This document shows, in pieces, positions 53,919-64,000 of a stretch of 64,000 nt of DNA; positions within the stretch are counted from its first letter, which is position 1, and each line of letters begins with the position of its first letter. The notes beneath the pieces are model-generated. The model had not been told where the DNA came from. It searched no databases and saw only the letters and a program-made list of their open reading frames with translations. Origin of the DNA: Paraphysomonas bandaiensis (taxonomy: Eukaryota > Protista > Chrysophyceae); the NCBI GenBank assembly GCA_965644295.1, contig CBFFRP010000148.1:81342-145341 (forward strand), read 5' to 3'. The translations under genes and the position numbers were made by a program.

Positions 53919-54500
53919 CTACAGAAGCTGCTTGTGCGTCGCCGCAAGCACCAAGGTGCAACCACTTCCGTTCTTGATGTTGCGTGTGAGTTCGCCCTGC
54001 TCGTGTGTCTGAGGACTCACTGGCGCGTGTTGTCCGGGGGTCTCCCCTTGGGATAAGGTTCCGCCTGGCTCTGAGGTACAGGGTTCTGTATTAAGGTCCT
54101 GAGCGTACCGAGCACTAGATGTGTGCACTGAGAGGTTGATGGTGGTGTGGTGGAATGTGGCGGTGTCGCTTGTGCGTGGGTGTACATGCGTGATGCGGCG
54201 CGGGGATAGGGCTGTAGGCGTGTATGAGCCGTCCGTAAAGATTGCCTTATAGGTATCCGCGTTTACATCATCCAGTCCTAATGTGCGGATAATGTTGGTC
54301 AGGGTGTCGGTATCTTGAGGTTCCGGATTGTCGGGTTGGTGGAGTGTGAGGCCAACCTCCGTACCCCATTCCCGCAGGCTTAAGGCAAAGTGGTGGTAGT
54401 TTGGGTACGGTGCGGTAGTCTGTGTTAGAAGAAAGTGCGCTGCGTCACCGGCATCCCCGCCTAGGATTATGGCGCGCTGTAGGGAGCCCCATTTTTGTTC
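53919..54500 (-). mobile_element. Non-LTR retrotransposon fragment (RT connection and start of RNase H)
   Basis: A Met-less frame of 194 codons (including its stop), EQKWGSLQRAIILGG…YKAIFTDGSY; FTDGS is the RNase H first-Asp motif. GC-rich relative to its flanks. Confidence 0.6.
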
Positions 54501-54911
54501 TTATTTCCCAAGTTAATTAGTGCTACCTATAATACTACGTTGCACTTATACACCTTATAATGCTTGCGTTGACGCACAAGCAACTTTCGTAGCGTTAAGT
54601 AGTAGGTTATTATAGTATGCACTAGTTATGTTTTGGTAAATGCCTATCTAGCTTCTCTTATATGACTATCATAATATTGATTGAAATATATTGTGAGCCA
54701 CTTTAACAGAAACAATATTGATGAAAATTTTGGCCGGTCGGCCAGTCAATATATTTTACAATGTATTCCAATTTATTGTACAGTGTATTGAAATTTAATA
54801 TATTGTTTTCTAGCCCTGGTATGTATGTAGCTACTGAGCTGGTTAAGGCTCTCAAATGCATATTGCTAGTAAACTGACATTCCACACAACACATAGTAGT
54901 TACACACTACA

Positions 54912-55820
54912 TGTTGGAAATTGCTCATTCTTAACTAGATCTCAGAGAGAATTTGTCGTTAGTCTAGATAGATCAATTAATATCAATTACACTAAATGTG
55001 ACAAACAACACAAACTCATTTTGTTCTACACATAATCTCCTACATATGTGAACCTCTCGATACTAAACATATCTTCAAATATCAAACTATTCAGTTTGTC
55101 AATATCATCACGGCATTTGTACATCACCATACTTCACTGTATTCTCGTACGGTGTCTTCAAGTGCCACACTGAATATACTAGAATATAATCCATATTCAA
55201 ATACTCCCACTCAATGTAGAATGCAGCGATATGAAACAACAGTGAGCACAGTAATCTTTATGCTATGATTATCTATTTTCATCGGTAAAATAGTGTGAAA
55301 TCTTTTAAAGATACATCATGTATCACTAGCAGTCAACTAAATATACAGTTCTGTCGGATTTTTACTTACTAAAACACACCTTTGACATCTTCGGGGTTGT
55401 TTCTTCTGCTGCTCCTTCATTCTCTTAACCCCGGTAATCGTTTTCTCATGACAACTGAAAATATTCGTAGCTAATGCCTTTGTGAAAATTTTGATACACT
55501 GGATTCTCTGAGAGATCCTTTGCACTCATGCTGTTCATAAAGAATGGAGTCGGCTTCGCTACTAAGAGTCCGAGCTCCTTACCAATTTTACTCCTCTCGG
55601 AGTTCTAACAATCTTTAGAACACGTCTCTTCAGCAATGAGGTCTTCTCTACCTTCCGAGTCTACCCTCCGAGCTGGTCTCCACTTCTCGAACTGTGGAGA
55701 TCTCTCCGCCTCTACATACAAGTTCGTTACCCTAATATCCTCTGGACTCAAGTCTGGACGTGTTAATTTTGCAATGCATGCATCGGGTACATCTACCATA
55801 TTAATTTCACCCAATCAGAT
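54912..55820 (-). mobile_element. Copia remnant: LTR 54912-55203, polypurine tract, deleted RNase H end and pre-RT fragment
   Basis: Reverse complement of ~26545-27240; SAKDLSENPVY and FTKAL; YVEAERSPQFEKWR resembles the Copia pre-RT EA..S…W motif. Confidence 0.85.
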
Positions 55821-56207
55821 GCATTTGCTAACCTATGCTGCAACCGCTTCCTCTGTATACGACCATCACCGTCAAGTTCAATCGGTCGACGAGGTGTATA
55901 AGAATTCGATCCTTGCTCATCCTGAGCACACACTTCTTGCGTTATGGGAGGAGCCCCGCTCGAGGTTTACTAAGTTAAGTGCAGCTATGGCAGTACTAAG
56001 AATGATGTTGGAAGAAAATAATCCACCAATGGCTGGTTACCCCAATGAGGAGTAGGTCAGGGACACTGGACTAATAGTTGGATTAAATGATGTATCATGA
56101 ATGAAAAGACAAAGTATGTATTCAATTAAAATAATGAAGTAAAATTAACGGCAATTACTACTTAGAACCTACTAATATACATACCAAGACAAATCTGAAC
56201 CAAAGCG

Positions 56208-56645
56208 TAAATACGCCGCTCCAGAGTTTTGCCCCATTGCGTCATTATTAATTGCCCCAACTACAGCAACATGACTGTGCAATGCTACAGAGTAGCCGAA
56301 TTCATCATCCTCAGCTCCATCTTCGGGATGCAATACATATCCCAATGCCCAGTCGACATAATCATCACCATGCTTATAGTATACATACGCAGCACCCGTC
56401 CTCATACCACGAGATTCATCTCCTCTGGCACCCACAATCATGAGGTCATCCCATATGGCGACACAACTACCATCTGTACGTTCAACCTATATAATATGCT
56501 CATATGAATACTCTTCTTCAAATGTCCATGATATCTCTTCCTCATACATATCATCATCATATTCTTCTAAAGGAATCATTTGTAACCCATTAGATGCATA
56601 AGTATGATAGATATAAGATGATAATAACCATATGAATAATCTCAT
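56208..56645 (-). pseudogene. 5' fragment of the FG-GAP gene (unit 2)
   Basis: Copy of 51464-51910 with a TGG>TAG stop and a 9-bp deletion; truncated after SGAAYL. Confidence 0.9.
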
Positions 56646-57444
56646 AGTTAATATACACTCAGATGACTGTATTATACCCTTACAACAACAACAGTAAGAA
56701 GGACCAAATAGGATATAATCAAGAACTCAATGATTAATCAAGATAATGTTAATTCATTATATCCAGAGATTAATGTGACTGTGTATATATATGGTCTGTG
56801 TTGTATATATATATGCTCGTAATCTCACATCACAACACACTAAAAAATGAATTTTTCATTATTTCATTGCTATAAAATACGATCCCCACACTCTTATTTT
56901 TAGAGTAAGATAGTAGAAATCCCTTATTTTCCAATTTCTAGGATAAATTGAGAATAGGAAATCTCAGTATGTTGTTAAAAATTAAGTATGAATTTCATGA
57001 GTTTTTGAATAAATTTGACCCTCATATACTGTCAGTATACCAGCAACCGTATATACAAAATACATACTCTAATAATACGTAATTTATTTACATAGTTTCG
57101 ACCAGAAAACAAGAGATTTTACACAAATATTCGTTTTCATGCATCTAAAAAAGAACACTGCTATATTACATGTCGATTTATTGATTGTTTCATTGAAAAG
57201 TCATCATTTTTTCAGTGGAAAGTGAAAAAAAGTGATTTTTCAAATAAATAAACAATGAAAAAATCAATAAAATCGATATATTGCTGCTGTTCATGTACAG
57301 ACTGAAGGTCCACAGCGTCCTTCGAGTTTGTAGGACTGAAAAATAAACCGTTGGAGCCAACGAACTCCTCAACTGACTGAGAAGTTAAGCAACCGAATAA
57401 GAATGAATGAACCATCATGTCATTCTATTAGATGATTATACAGG

Positions 57445-57981
57445 ATGGATGCTGAATTGTTTAGAAGATTGATACAAGAGGAGCTCAATAAAGCGATCAC
57501 TCCTGTGGTGGAAGAGTTGAGCAATATCAAAGACCGCCTTAGCAACGTCGAAGACCGCCTTAGCAACGTCGAAGACCGCCTTAGCAACGTCGAAGACCGC
57601 CTTAGCAACGTCGAAGACCGCCTTAGCAAGGTGGAAGTTCAGGGTCGTATCACGACTGCTAAAATGGCAAATGCTGGGATTGGAAGAGACCAAGCTCTAA
57701 CGGTTGTGCCTTTGGATGATGGAACTAATCCACAAGTTGAAATTCCAGCAACCATTTCACACTTGCTTGTAGCAGGAAATGAGATACTTCCAAATGGCCA
57801 GCATAACAACTGGAACAAGAGGAAAAGTTTGGCTTTGTTGCGAGCGTACGACCCACAGTATGAAACGGATGATGAAAGTGATAATGAAGTGAGCCAGAGG
57901 TCTAGAAATCGCCGACTACGGGTGGCGAAGGTTTTAGGAGTGACAAAGCAACAGCTAAACTTTGCTCAAATGAATCTGTAG
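57445..57981 (+). CDS. Mug135/DUF1773-like coiled-coil protein, unit 2 (4 LSNVEDR heptads)
   Basis: Intact 178-aa ORF. Confidence 0.7.
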   Translation: MDAELFRRLIQEELNKAITPVVEELSNIKDRLSNVEDRLSNVEDRLSNVEDRLSNVEDRLSKVEVQGRITTAKMANAGIGRDQALTVVPLDDGTNPQVEIPATISHLLVAGNEILPNGQHNNWNKRKSLALLRAYDPQYETDDESDNEVSQRSRNRRLRVAKVLGVTKQQLNFAQMNL

Positions 57982-58695
57982 TCTTGTATGTGTTGAAGTG
58001 GTGGTACATGAGTACAAAAATATCTTATATTGTGCCGCGTTCATCTCAAGAATACGCCTTTTGCTTCAGTATGGGCTCTGCGTAAGTCGACCTCTGAATT
58101 CTAGTGTCATAGGAACTTTTATTAACATCAGCGTTTTCTATCGAACACACAGTGCGTATCAGGACTGTGTATCAATTAATTAATTTTCAATTAATTGCAA
58201 CTGAATGGGACAGCAAGTAATAGTTTGCAATCAATTGGCTACGATCTGCATCAATTAATTAGCAGTTTATTGATATGCAGATATGCAGCCCTGGTGTGAG
58301 TAAGTTAACGCTCGCCGTTAGCGTTACAATAAGTAGAATTTATCTATTAGTCACTTGAATGTATAAATCAAAAATTCTAAACTACAGCAGCAGTCCTTAT
58401 AAAACAGTACTATTTTTCTAGTTTTTATCACTTGCTTGTTGCAAGTTAATTAGTGCTACCTATAATACTACGTTGCACTTATACACCTTATAATGCTTGC
58501 GGTGACGCACAAACAACTTTCGTAGCGTTAAGTAGTAGGTTATTATAGTATGCACTAGTATATTGAAAGTCTTTTTATTTAGCAATAGGCGTTAAAAACT
58601 CGTTCCGATACAGTGGCTAGTTGAATGCTAGATCTACTAGTTAGACCTCTACCCATAACTAATCAGCACAAGTTCTACTATCCTACTATTTAGCG

Positions 58696-59277
58696 CTACA
58701 GAAGCTGCTTGTGCGTCGCCGCAAGCACCAAGGTGCAACCACTTCCGTTCTTGATGTTGCGTGTGAGTTCGCCCTGCTCGTGTGTCTGAGGACTCACTGG
58801 CGCGTGTTGTCCGGGGGTCTCCCCTTGGGATAAGGTTCCGCCTGGCTCTGAGGTACAGGGTTCTGTATTAAGGTCCTGAGCGTACCGAGCACTAGATGTG
58901 TGCACTGAGAGGTTGATGGTGGTGTGGTGGAATGTGGCGGTGTCGCTTGTGCGTGGGTGTACATGCGTGATGCGGCGCGGGGATAGGGCTGTAGGCGTGT
59001 ATGAGCCGTCCGTAAAGATTGCCTTATAGGTATCCGCGTTTACATCATCCAGTCCTAATGTGCGGATAATGTTGGTCAGGGTGTCGGTATCTTGAGGTTC
59101 CGGATTGTCGGGTTGGTGGAGTGTGAGGCCAACCTCCGTACCCCATTCCCGCAGGCTTAAGGCAAAGTGGTGGTAGTTTGGGTACGGTGCGGTAGTCTGT
59201 GTTAGAAGAAAGTGCGCTGCGTCACCGGCATCCCCGCCTAGGATTATGGCGCGCTGTAGGGAGCCCCATTTTTGTTC
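58696..59277 (-). mobile_element. Non-LTR retrotransposon fragment (unit 2 copy)
   Basis: Copy of 53919-54500. Confidence 0.6.
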
Positions 59278-59688
59278 TTATTTCCCAAGTTAATTAGTGC
59301 TACCTATAATACTACGTTGCACTTATACACCTTATAATGCTTGCGTTGACGCACAAGCAACTTTCGTAGCGTTAAGTAGTAGGTTATTATAGTATGCACT
59401 AGTTATGTTTTGCTAAATGCCTATCTAGCTTCTCTTATATGACTATCAAAATATTGATTGAAATATATTGTGAGCCACTTTAACAGAAACAATATTGATG
59501 AAAATTTTGGCCGGTCGGCCAGTCAATATATTTTACAATGTATTCCAATTTATTGTACAGTGTATTGAAATTTAATATATTGTTTTCTAGCCCTGGTATG
59601 TATGTAGCTACTGAGCTGGTTAAGGCTCTCAAATGCATATTGCTAGTAAACTGACATTCCACACAACACATAGTAGTTACACACTACA

Positions 59689-60597
59689 TGTTGGAAATTG
59701 CTCATTCTTAACTAGATCTCAGAGAGAATTTGTCGTTAGTCTAGATAGATCAATTAATATCAATTACACTAAATGTGACAAACAACACAAACTCATTTTG
59801 TTCTACACATAATCTCCTACATATGTGAACCTCTCGATACTAAACATATCTTCAAATATCAAACTATTCAGTTTGTCAATATCATCACGGCATTTGTACA
59901 TCACCATACTTCACTGTATTCTCGTACGGTGTCTTCAAGTGCCACACTGAATATACTAGAATATAATCCATATTCTAATACTCCCACTCAATGTATAATG
60001 CAGCGATATGAATCAACAGTGAGCACAGTAATCTTTATGCTATGATTATCTATTTTCATCGGTAAAATAGTGTGAAATCTTTTAAAGATACATCATGTAT
60101 AACTAGCAGTCAACTAAATATACAGTTCTGTCGGATTTTTACTTACTAAAACACACCTTTAACATCTTCGGGGTTGTTTCTTCTGCTGCTCCTTCATTCT
60201 CTTAACCCCGGTAATCGTTTTCTCATGACAACTGAAAATATTCGTAGCTAATGCCTTTGTGAAAATTTTGATACACTAGATTCTCTGAGAGATCCTTTGC
60301 ACTCAAGCTGTTCATAAAGAATGGAGTCGGCTTCGCTACTAAGAGTCCGAGCTCCTTACCAATTTTACTCCTCTCGGAGTTCTAACAATCTTTAGAACAC
60401 GTCTCTTCAGCAATGAGGTCTTCTCTACCTTCCGAGTCTACCCTCCGAGCTGGTCTCCACTTCTCGAACTGTGGAGATCTCTCCGCCTCTACATACAAGT
60501 TCGATACCCTAATATCCTCTGGACTCAAGTCTGGACGTGTTAATTTTGCAATGCATGCATCGGGTACATCTACCATATTAATTTCACCCAATCAGAT
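59689..60597 (-). mobile_element. Copia remnant with LTR 59689-59980 (unit 2 copy)
   Basis: Copy of 54912-55820. Confidence 0.85.
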
Positions 60598-60984
60598 GCA
60601 TTTGCTAACCTATGCTGCAACCGCTTCCTCTGTATACGACCATCACCGTCAAGTTCAATCGGTCGACGAGGTATATAAGAATTCGATCCTTGCTCATCCT
60701 GAGCACACACTTCTTGCGTTATGGGAGGAGCCCCGCTCGAGGTTTACTAAGTTAAGTGCAGCTATGGCAGTACTAAGAATGATGTTGGAAGAAAATAATC
60801 CACCAATGGCTGGTTACCCCAATGAGGAGTAGGTCAGGGACACTGGACTAATAGTTGGATTAAATGATGTATCATGAATGAAAAGACAAAGTATGTATTC
60901 AATTAAAATAATGAAGTAAAATTAACGGCAATTACTACTTAGAACCTACTAATATACATACCAAGACAAATCTGAACCAAAGCG

Positions 60985-61422
60985 TAAATACGCCGCTCCA
61001 GAGTTTTGCCCCATTGCGTCATTATTAATTGCCCCAACTACAGCAACATGACTGTGCAATGCTACAGAGTAGCCGAATTCATCATCCTCAGCTCCATCTT
61101 CGGGATGCAATACATATCCCAATGCCCAGTCGACATAATCATCACCATGCTTATAGTATACATACGCAGCACCCGTCCTCATACCACGAGATTCATCTCC
61201 TCTGGCACCCACAATCATGAGGTCATCCCATATGGCGACACAACTACCATCTGTACGTTCAACCTATATAATATGCTCATATGAATACTCTTCTTCAAAT
61301 GTCCATGATATCTCTTCCTCATACATATCATCATCATATTCTTCTAAAGGAATCATTTGTAACCCATTAGATGCATAAGTATGATAGATATAAGATGATA
61401 ATAACCATATGAATAATCTCAT
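60985..61422 (-). pseudogene. 5' fragment of the FG-GAP gene (unit 3)
   Basis: Same stop and deletion as the unit 2 fragment. Confidence 0.9.
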
Positions 61423-62221
61423 AGTTAATATACACTCAGATGACTGTATTATACCCTTACAACAACAACAGTAAGAAGGACCAAATAGGATATAATCAAG
61501 AACTCAATGATTAATCAAGATAATGTTAATTCATTATATCCAGAGATTAATGTGACTGTGTATATATATGGTCTGTGTTGTATATATATATGCTCGTAAT
61601 CTCACATCACAACACACTAAAAAATGAATTTTTCATTATTTCATTGCTATAAAATACGATCCCCACACTCTTATTTTTAGAGTAAGATAGTAGAAATCCC
61701 TTATTTTCCAATTTCTAGGATAAATTGAGAATAGGAAATCTCAGTATGTTGTTAAAAATTAAGTATGAATTTCATGAGTTTTTGAATAAATTTGACCCTC
61801 ATATACTGTCAGTATACCAGCAACCGTATATACAAAATACATACTCTAATAATACGTAATTTATTTACATAGTTTCGACCAGAAAACAAGAGATTTTACA
61901 CAAATATTCGTTTTCATGCATCTAAAAAAGAACACTGCTATATTACATGTCGATTTATTGATTGTTTCATTGAAAAGTCATCATTTTTTCAGTGGAAAGT
62001 GAAAAAAAGTGATTTTTCAAATAAATAAACAATGAAAAAATCAATAAAATCGATATATTGCTGCTGTTCATGTACAGACTGAAGGTCCACAGCGTCCTTC
62101 GAGTTTGTAGGACTGAAAAATAAACCGTTGGAGCCAACGAACTCCTCAACTGACTGAGAAGTTAAGCAACCGAATAAGAATGAATGAACCATCATGTCAT
62201 TCTATTAGATGATTATACAGG

Positions 62222-62716
62222 ATGGATGCTGAATTGTTTAGAAGATTGATACAAGAGGAGCTCAATAAAGCGATCACTCCTGTGGTGGAAGAGTTGAGCA
62301 ATATCAAAGACCGCCTTAGCAACGTCGAAGACCGCCTTAGCAACGTCGAAGACCGCCTTAGCAAGGTGGAAGTTCAGGGTCGTATCACGACTGCTAAAAT
62401 GGCAAATGCTGGGATTGGAAGAGACCAAGCTCTAACGGTTGTGCCTTTGGATGATGGAACTAATCCACAAGTTGAAATTCCAGCAACCATTTCACACTTG
62501 CTTGTAGCAGGAAATGAGATACTTCCAAATGGCCAGCATAACAACTGGAACAAGAGGAAAAGTTTGGCTTTGTTGCGAGCGTACGACCCACAGTATGAAA
62601 CGGATGATGAAAGTGATAATGAAGTGAGCCAGAGGTCTAGAAATCGCCGACTACGGGTGGCGAAGGTTTTAGGAGTGACAAAGCAACAGCTAAACTTTGC
62701 TCAAATGAATCTGTAG
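62222..62716 (+). CDS. Mug135/DUF1773-like coiled-coil protein, unit 3 (2 LSNVEDR heptads)
   Basis: Intact 164-aa ORF. Confidence 0.7.
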   Translation: MDAELFRRLIQEELNKAITPVVEELSNIKDRLSNVEDRLSNVEDRLSKVEVQGRITTAKMANAGIGRDQALTVVPLDDGTNPQVEIPATISHLLVAGNEILPNGQHNNWNKRKSLALLRAYDPQYETDDESDNEVSQRSRNRRLRVAKVLGVTKQQLNFAQMNL

Positions 62717-63500
62717 TCTTGTATGTGTTGAAGTGGTGGTACATGAGTACAAAAATATCTTATATTGTGCCGCGTTCATCTCAAGAATACGCCTTTTGCT
62801 TCAGTATGGGCTCTGCGTAAGTCGACCTCTGAATTCTAGTGTCATAGGAACTTTTATTAACATCAGCGTTTTCTATCGAACACACAGTGCGTATCAGGAC
62901 TGTGTATCAATTAATTAATTTTCAATTAATTGCAACTGAATGGGACAGCAAGTAATAGTTTGCAATCAATTGGCTACGATCTGCATCAATTAATTAGCAG
63001 TTTATTGATATGCAGATATGCAGCCCTGGTGTGAGTAAGTTAACGCTCGCCGTTAGCGTTACAATAAGTAGAATTTATCTATTAGTCACTTGAATGTATA
63101 AATCAAAAATTCTAAACTACAGCAGCAGTCCTTATAAAACAGTACTATTTTTCTAGTTTTTATCACTTGCTTGTTGCAAGTTAATTAGTGCTACCTATAA
63201 TACTACGTTGCACTTATACACCTTATAATGCTTGCGGTGACGCACAAACAACTTTCGTAGCGTTAAGTAGTAGGTTATTATAGTATGCACTAGTATATTG
63301 AAAGTCTTTTTATTTAGCAATAGGCGTTAAAAACTCGTTCCGATACAGTGGCTAGTTGAATGCTAGATCTACTAGTTAGACCTCTACCCATAACTAATCA
63401 GCACAAGTTCTACTATCCTACTATTTAGCGCTACAGAAGCTGCTTGTGCGTCGCCGCAAGCACCAAGGTGCAACCACTTCCGTTCTTGATGTTGCGTGTG

Positions 63501-64000
63501 TGTTGGGAAATGCTCATTTTACTTAGATCAAAGAGAGATTAAGTTGTTAGACTAGATAGATTTATTAATATCGTTTACACAAATTGTGTTAAACAACACA
63601 AGCTCGTTTTGTGCCATGCATAAATCACTACTTCTGTAGACCTTTCGCTACTAAACATATCTTGAAAGAGCAAACTATTTCAGTTTTCTCAATATCATAA
63701 CAGCATCTACACATCACCATACTTCACTGTATTCTCGTACATTGTCTTCAAGTACCACATTGAATATACTAGGATACAGTCCATATTCTAATACTCCCAC
63801 TCAATGTAGAATGCAGTGATACGAAACAACAATGAGTACAGTGATCTTCATGCTATAAACTAGTCTCATAGGTAAAATAGATGTGAAATCTTATCAAGAT
63901 ACATATATAACTAGCAGTCAACTAGATATATAGTTATGTGGGATTCTCACCCACTAAAACACACCTTTAACCTCTTCGGGGTCGCTTCTTCTGCTGCTCC
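63501..64000 (-). mobile_element. Independent Copia insertion: 3' LTR 63501-63793, polypurine tract and 3' UTR; continues beyond the window
   Basis: The unit sequence breaks after GTTGCGTGTG (63500) and switches to TGTTGGGAAATGCTC. This LTR has many more substitutions against the unit LTRs than those have against each other. Confidence 0.85.

Larger units (their letters stand above)
51464..63500. repeat. Tandem segmental array of ~4.75-kb units (51464-56207, 56208-60984, 60985-63500 interrupted)
   Basis: Near-identical ORF sets recur at offsets of 4735 and 4777 bp; the 42-bp difference equals two 21-bp heptad repeats. Confidence 0.97.

Noticed and set aside
55636-56055. 139-aa plus-strand ORF repeated in the array units
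   Set aside because: It partly overlaps the antisense of the Copia pre-RT fragment, has no recognisable domain, and is conserved only because the duplication is recent.

Overview
Eukaryotic nuclear DNA from a compact genome with short (about 40-150 nt) GT-AG introns; the gene set suggests a stramenopile-like protist (inference only). The first ~52 kb hold mostly ordinary genes: a partial coiled-coil gene, VPS35L, a GH20 beta-hexosaminidase, an RMI1-N/TDRD3-like OB-fold protein, a decayed RluA-type pseudouridine synthase, a ~10-kb IP3-receptor-like channel, a doubly acylated-type tandem discoidin-like protein, a DH-PH-FYVE-villin-headpiece RhoGEF, a GH95 fucosidase, a SAXO/MDM1-like repeat protein with recent exon-intron module duplications, a CHI-fold protein and an FG-GAP type I membrane protein. 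The most striking structure is a small intronless coiled-coil gene that resembles the Mug135/DUF1773 family. It occurs four times (27965-28438 minus; 52710, 57445 and 62222 plus), always intact, and carries 1, 2, 4 and 2 copies of a 21-bp heptad repeat. Three copies lie in a near-identical ~4.75-kb tandem array that otherwise contains only debris: an FG-GAP 5' pseudogene, a LINE RNase H fragment and a Copia LTR with TA...CA ends. A separate Copia copy of the same family has inserted into the third unit. Long (TACA)n tracts and ApT-rich, CpG-poor 5' gene ends mark the divergent promoters. All family assignments come from motif recognition by eye; no database search was run.
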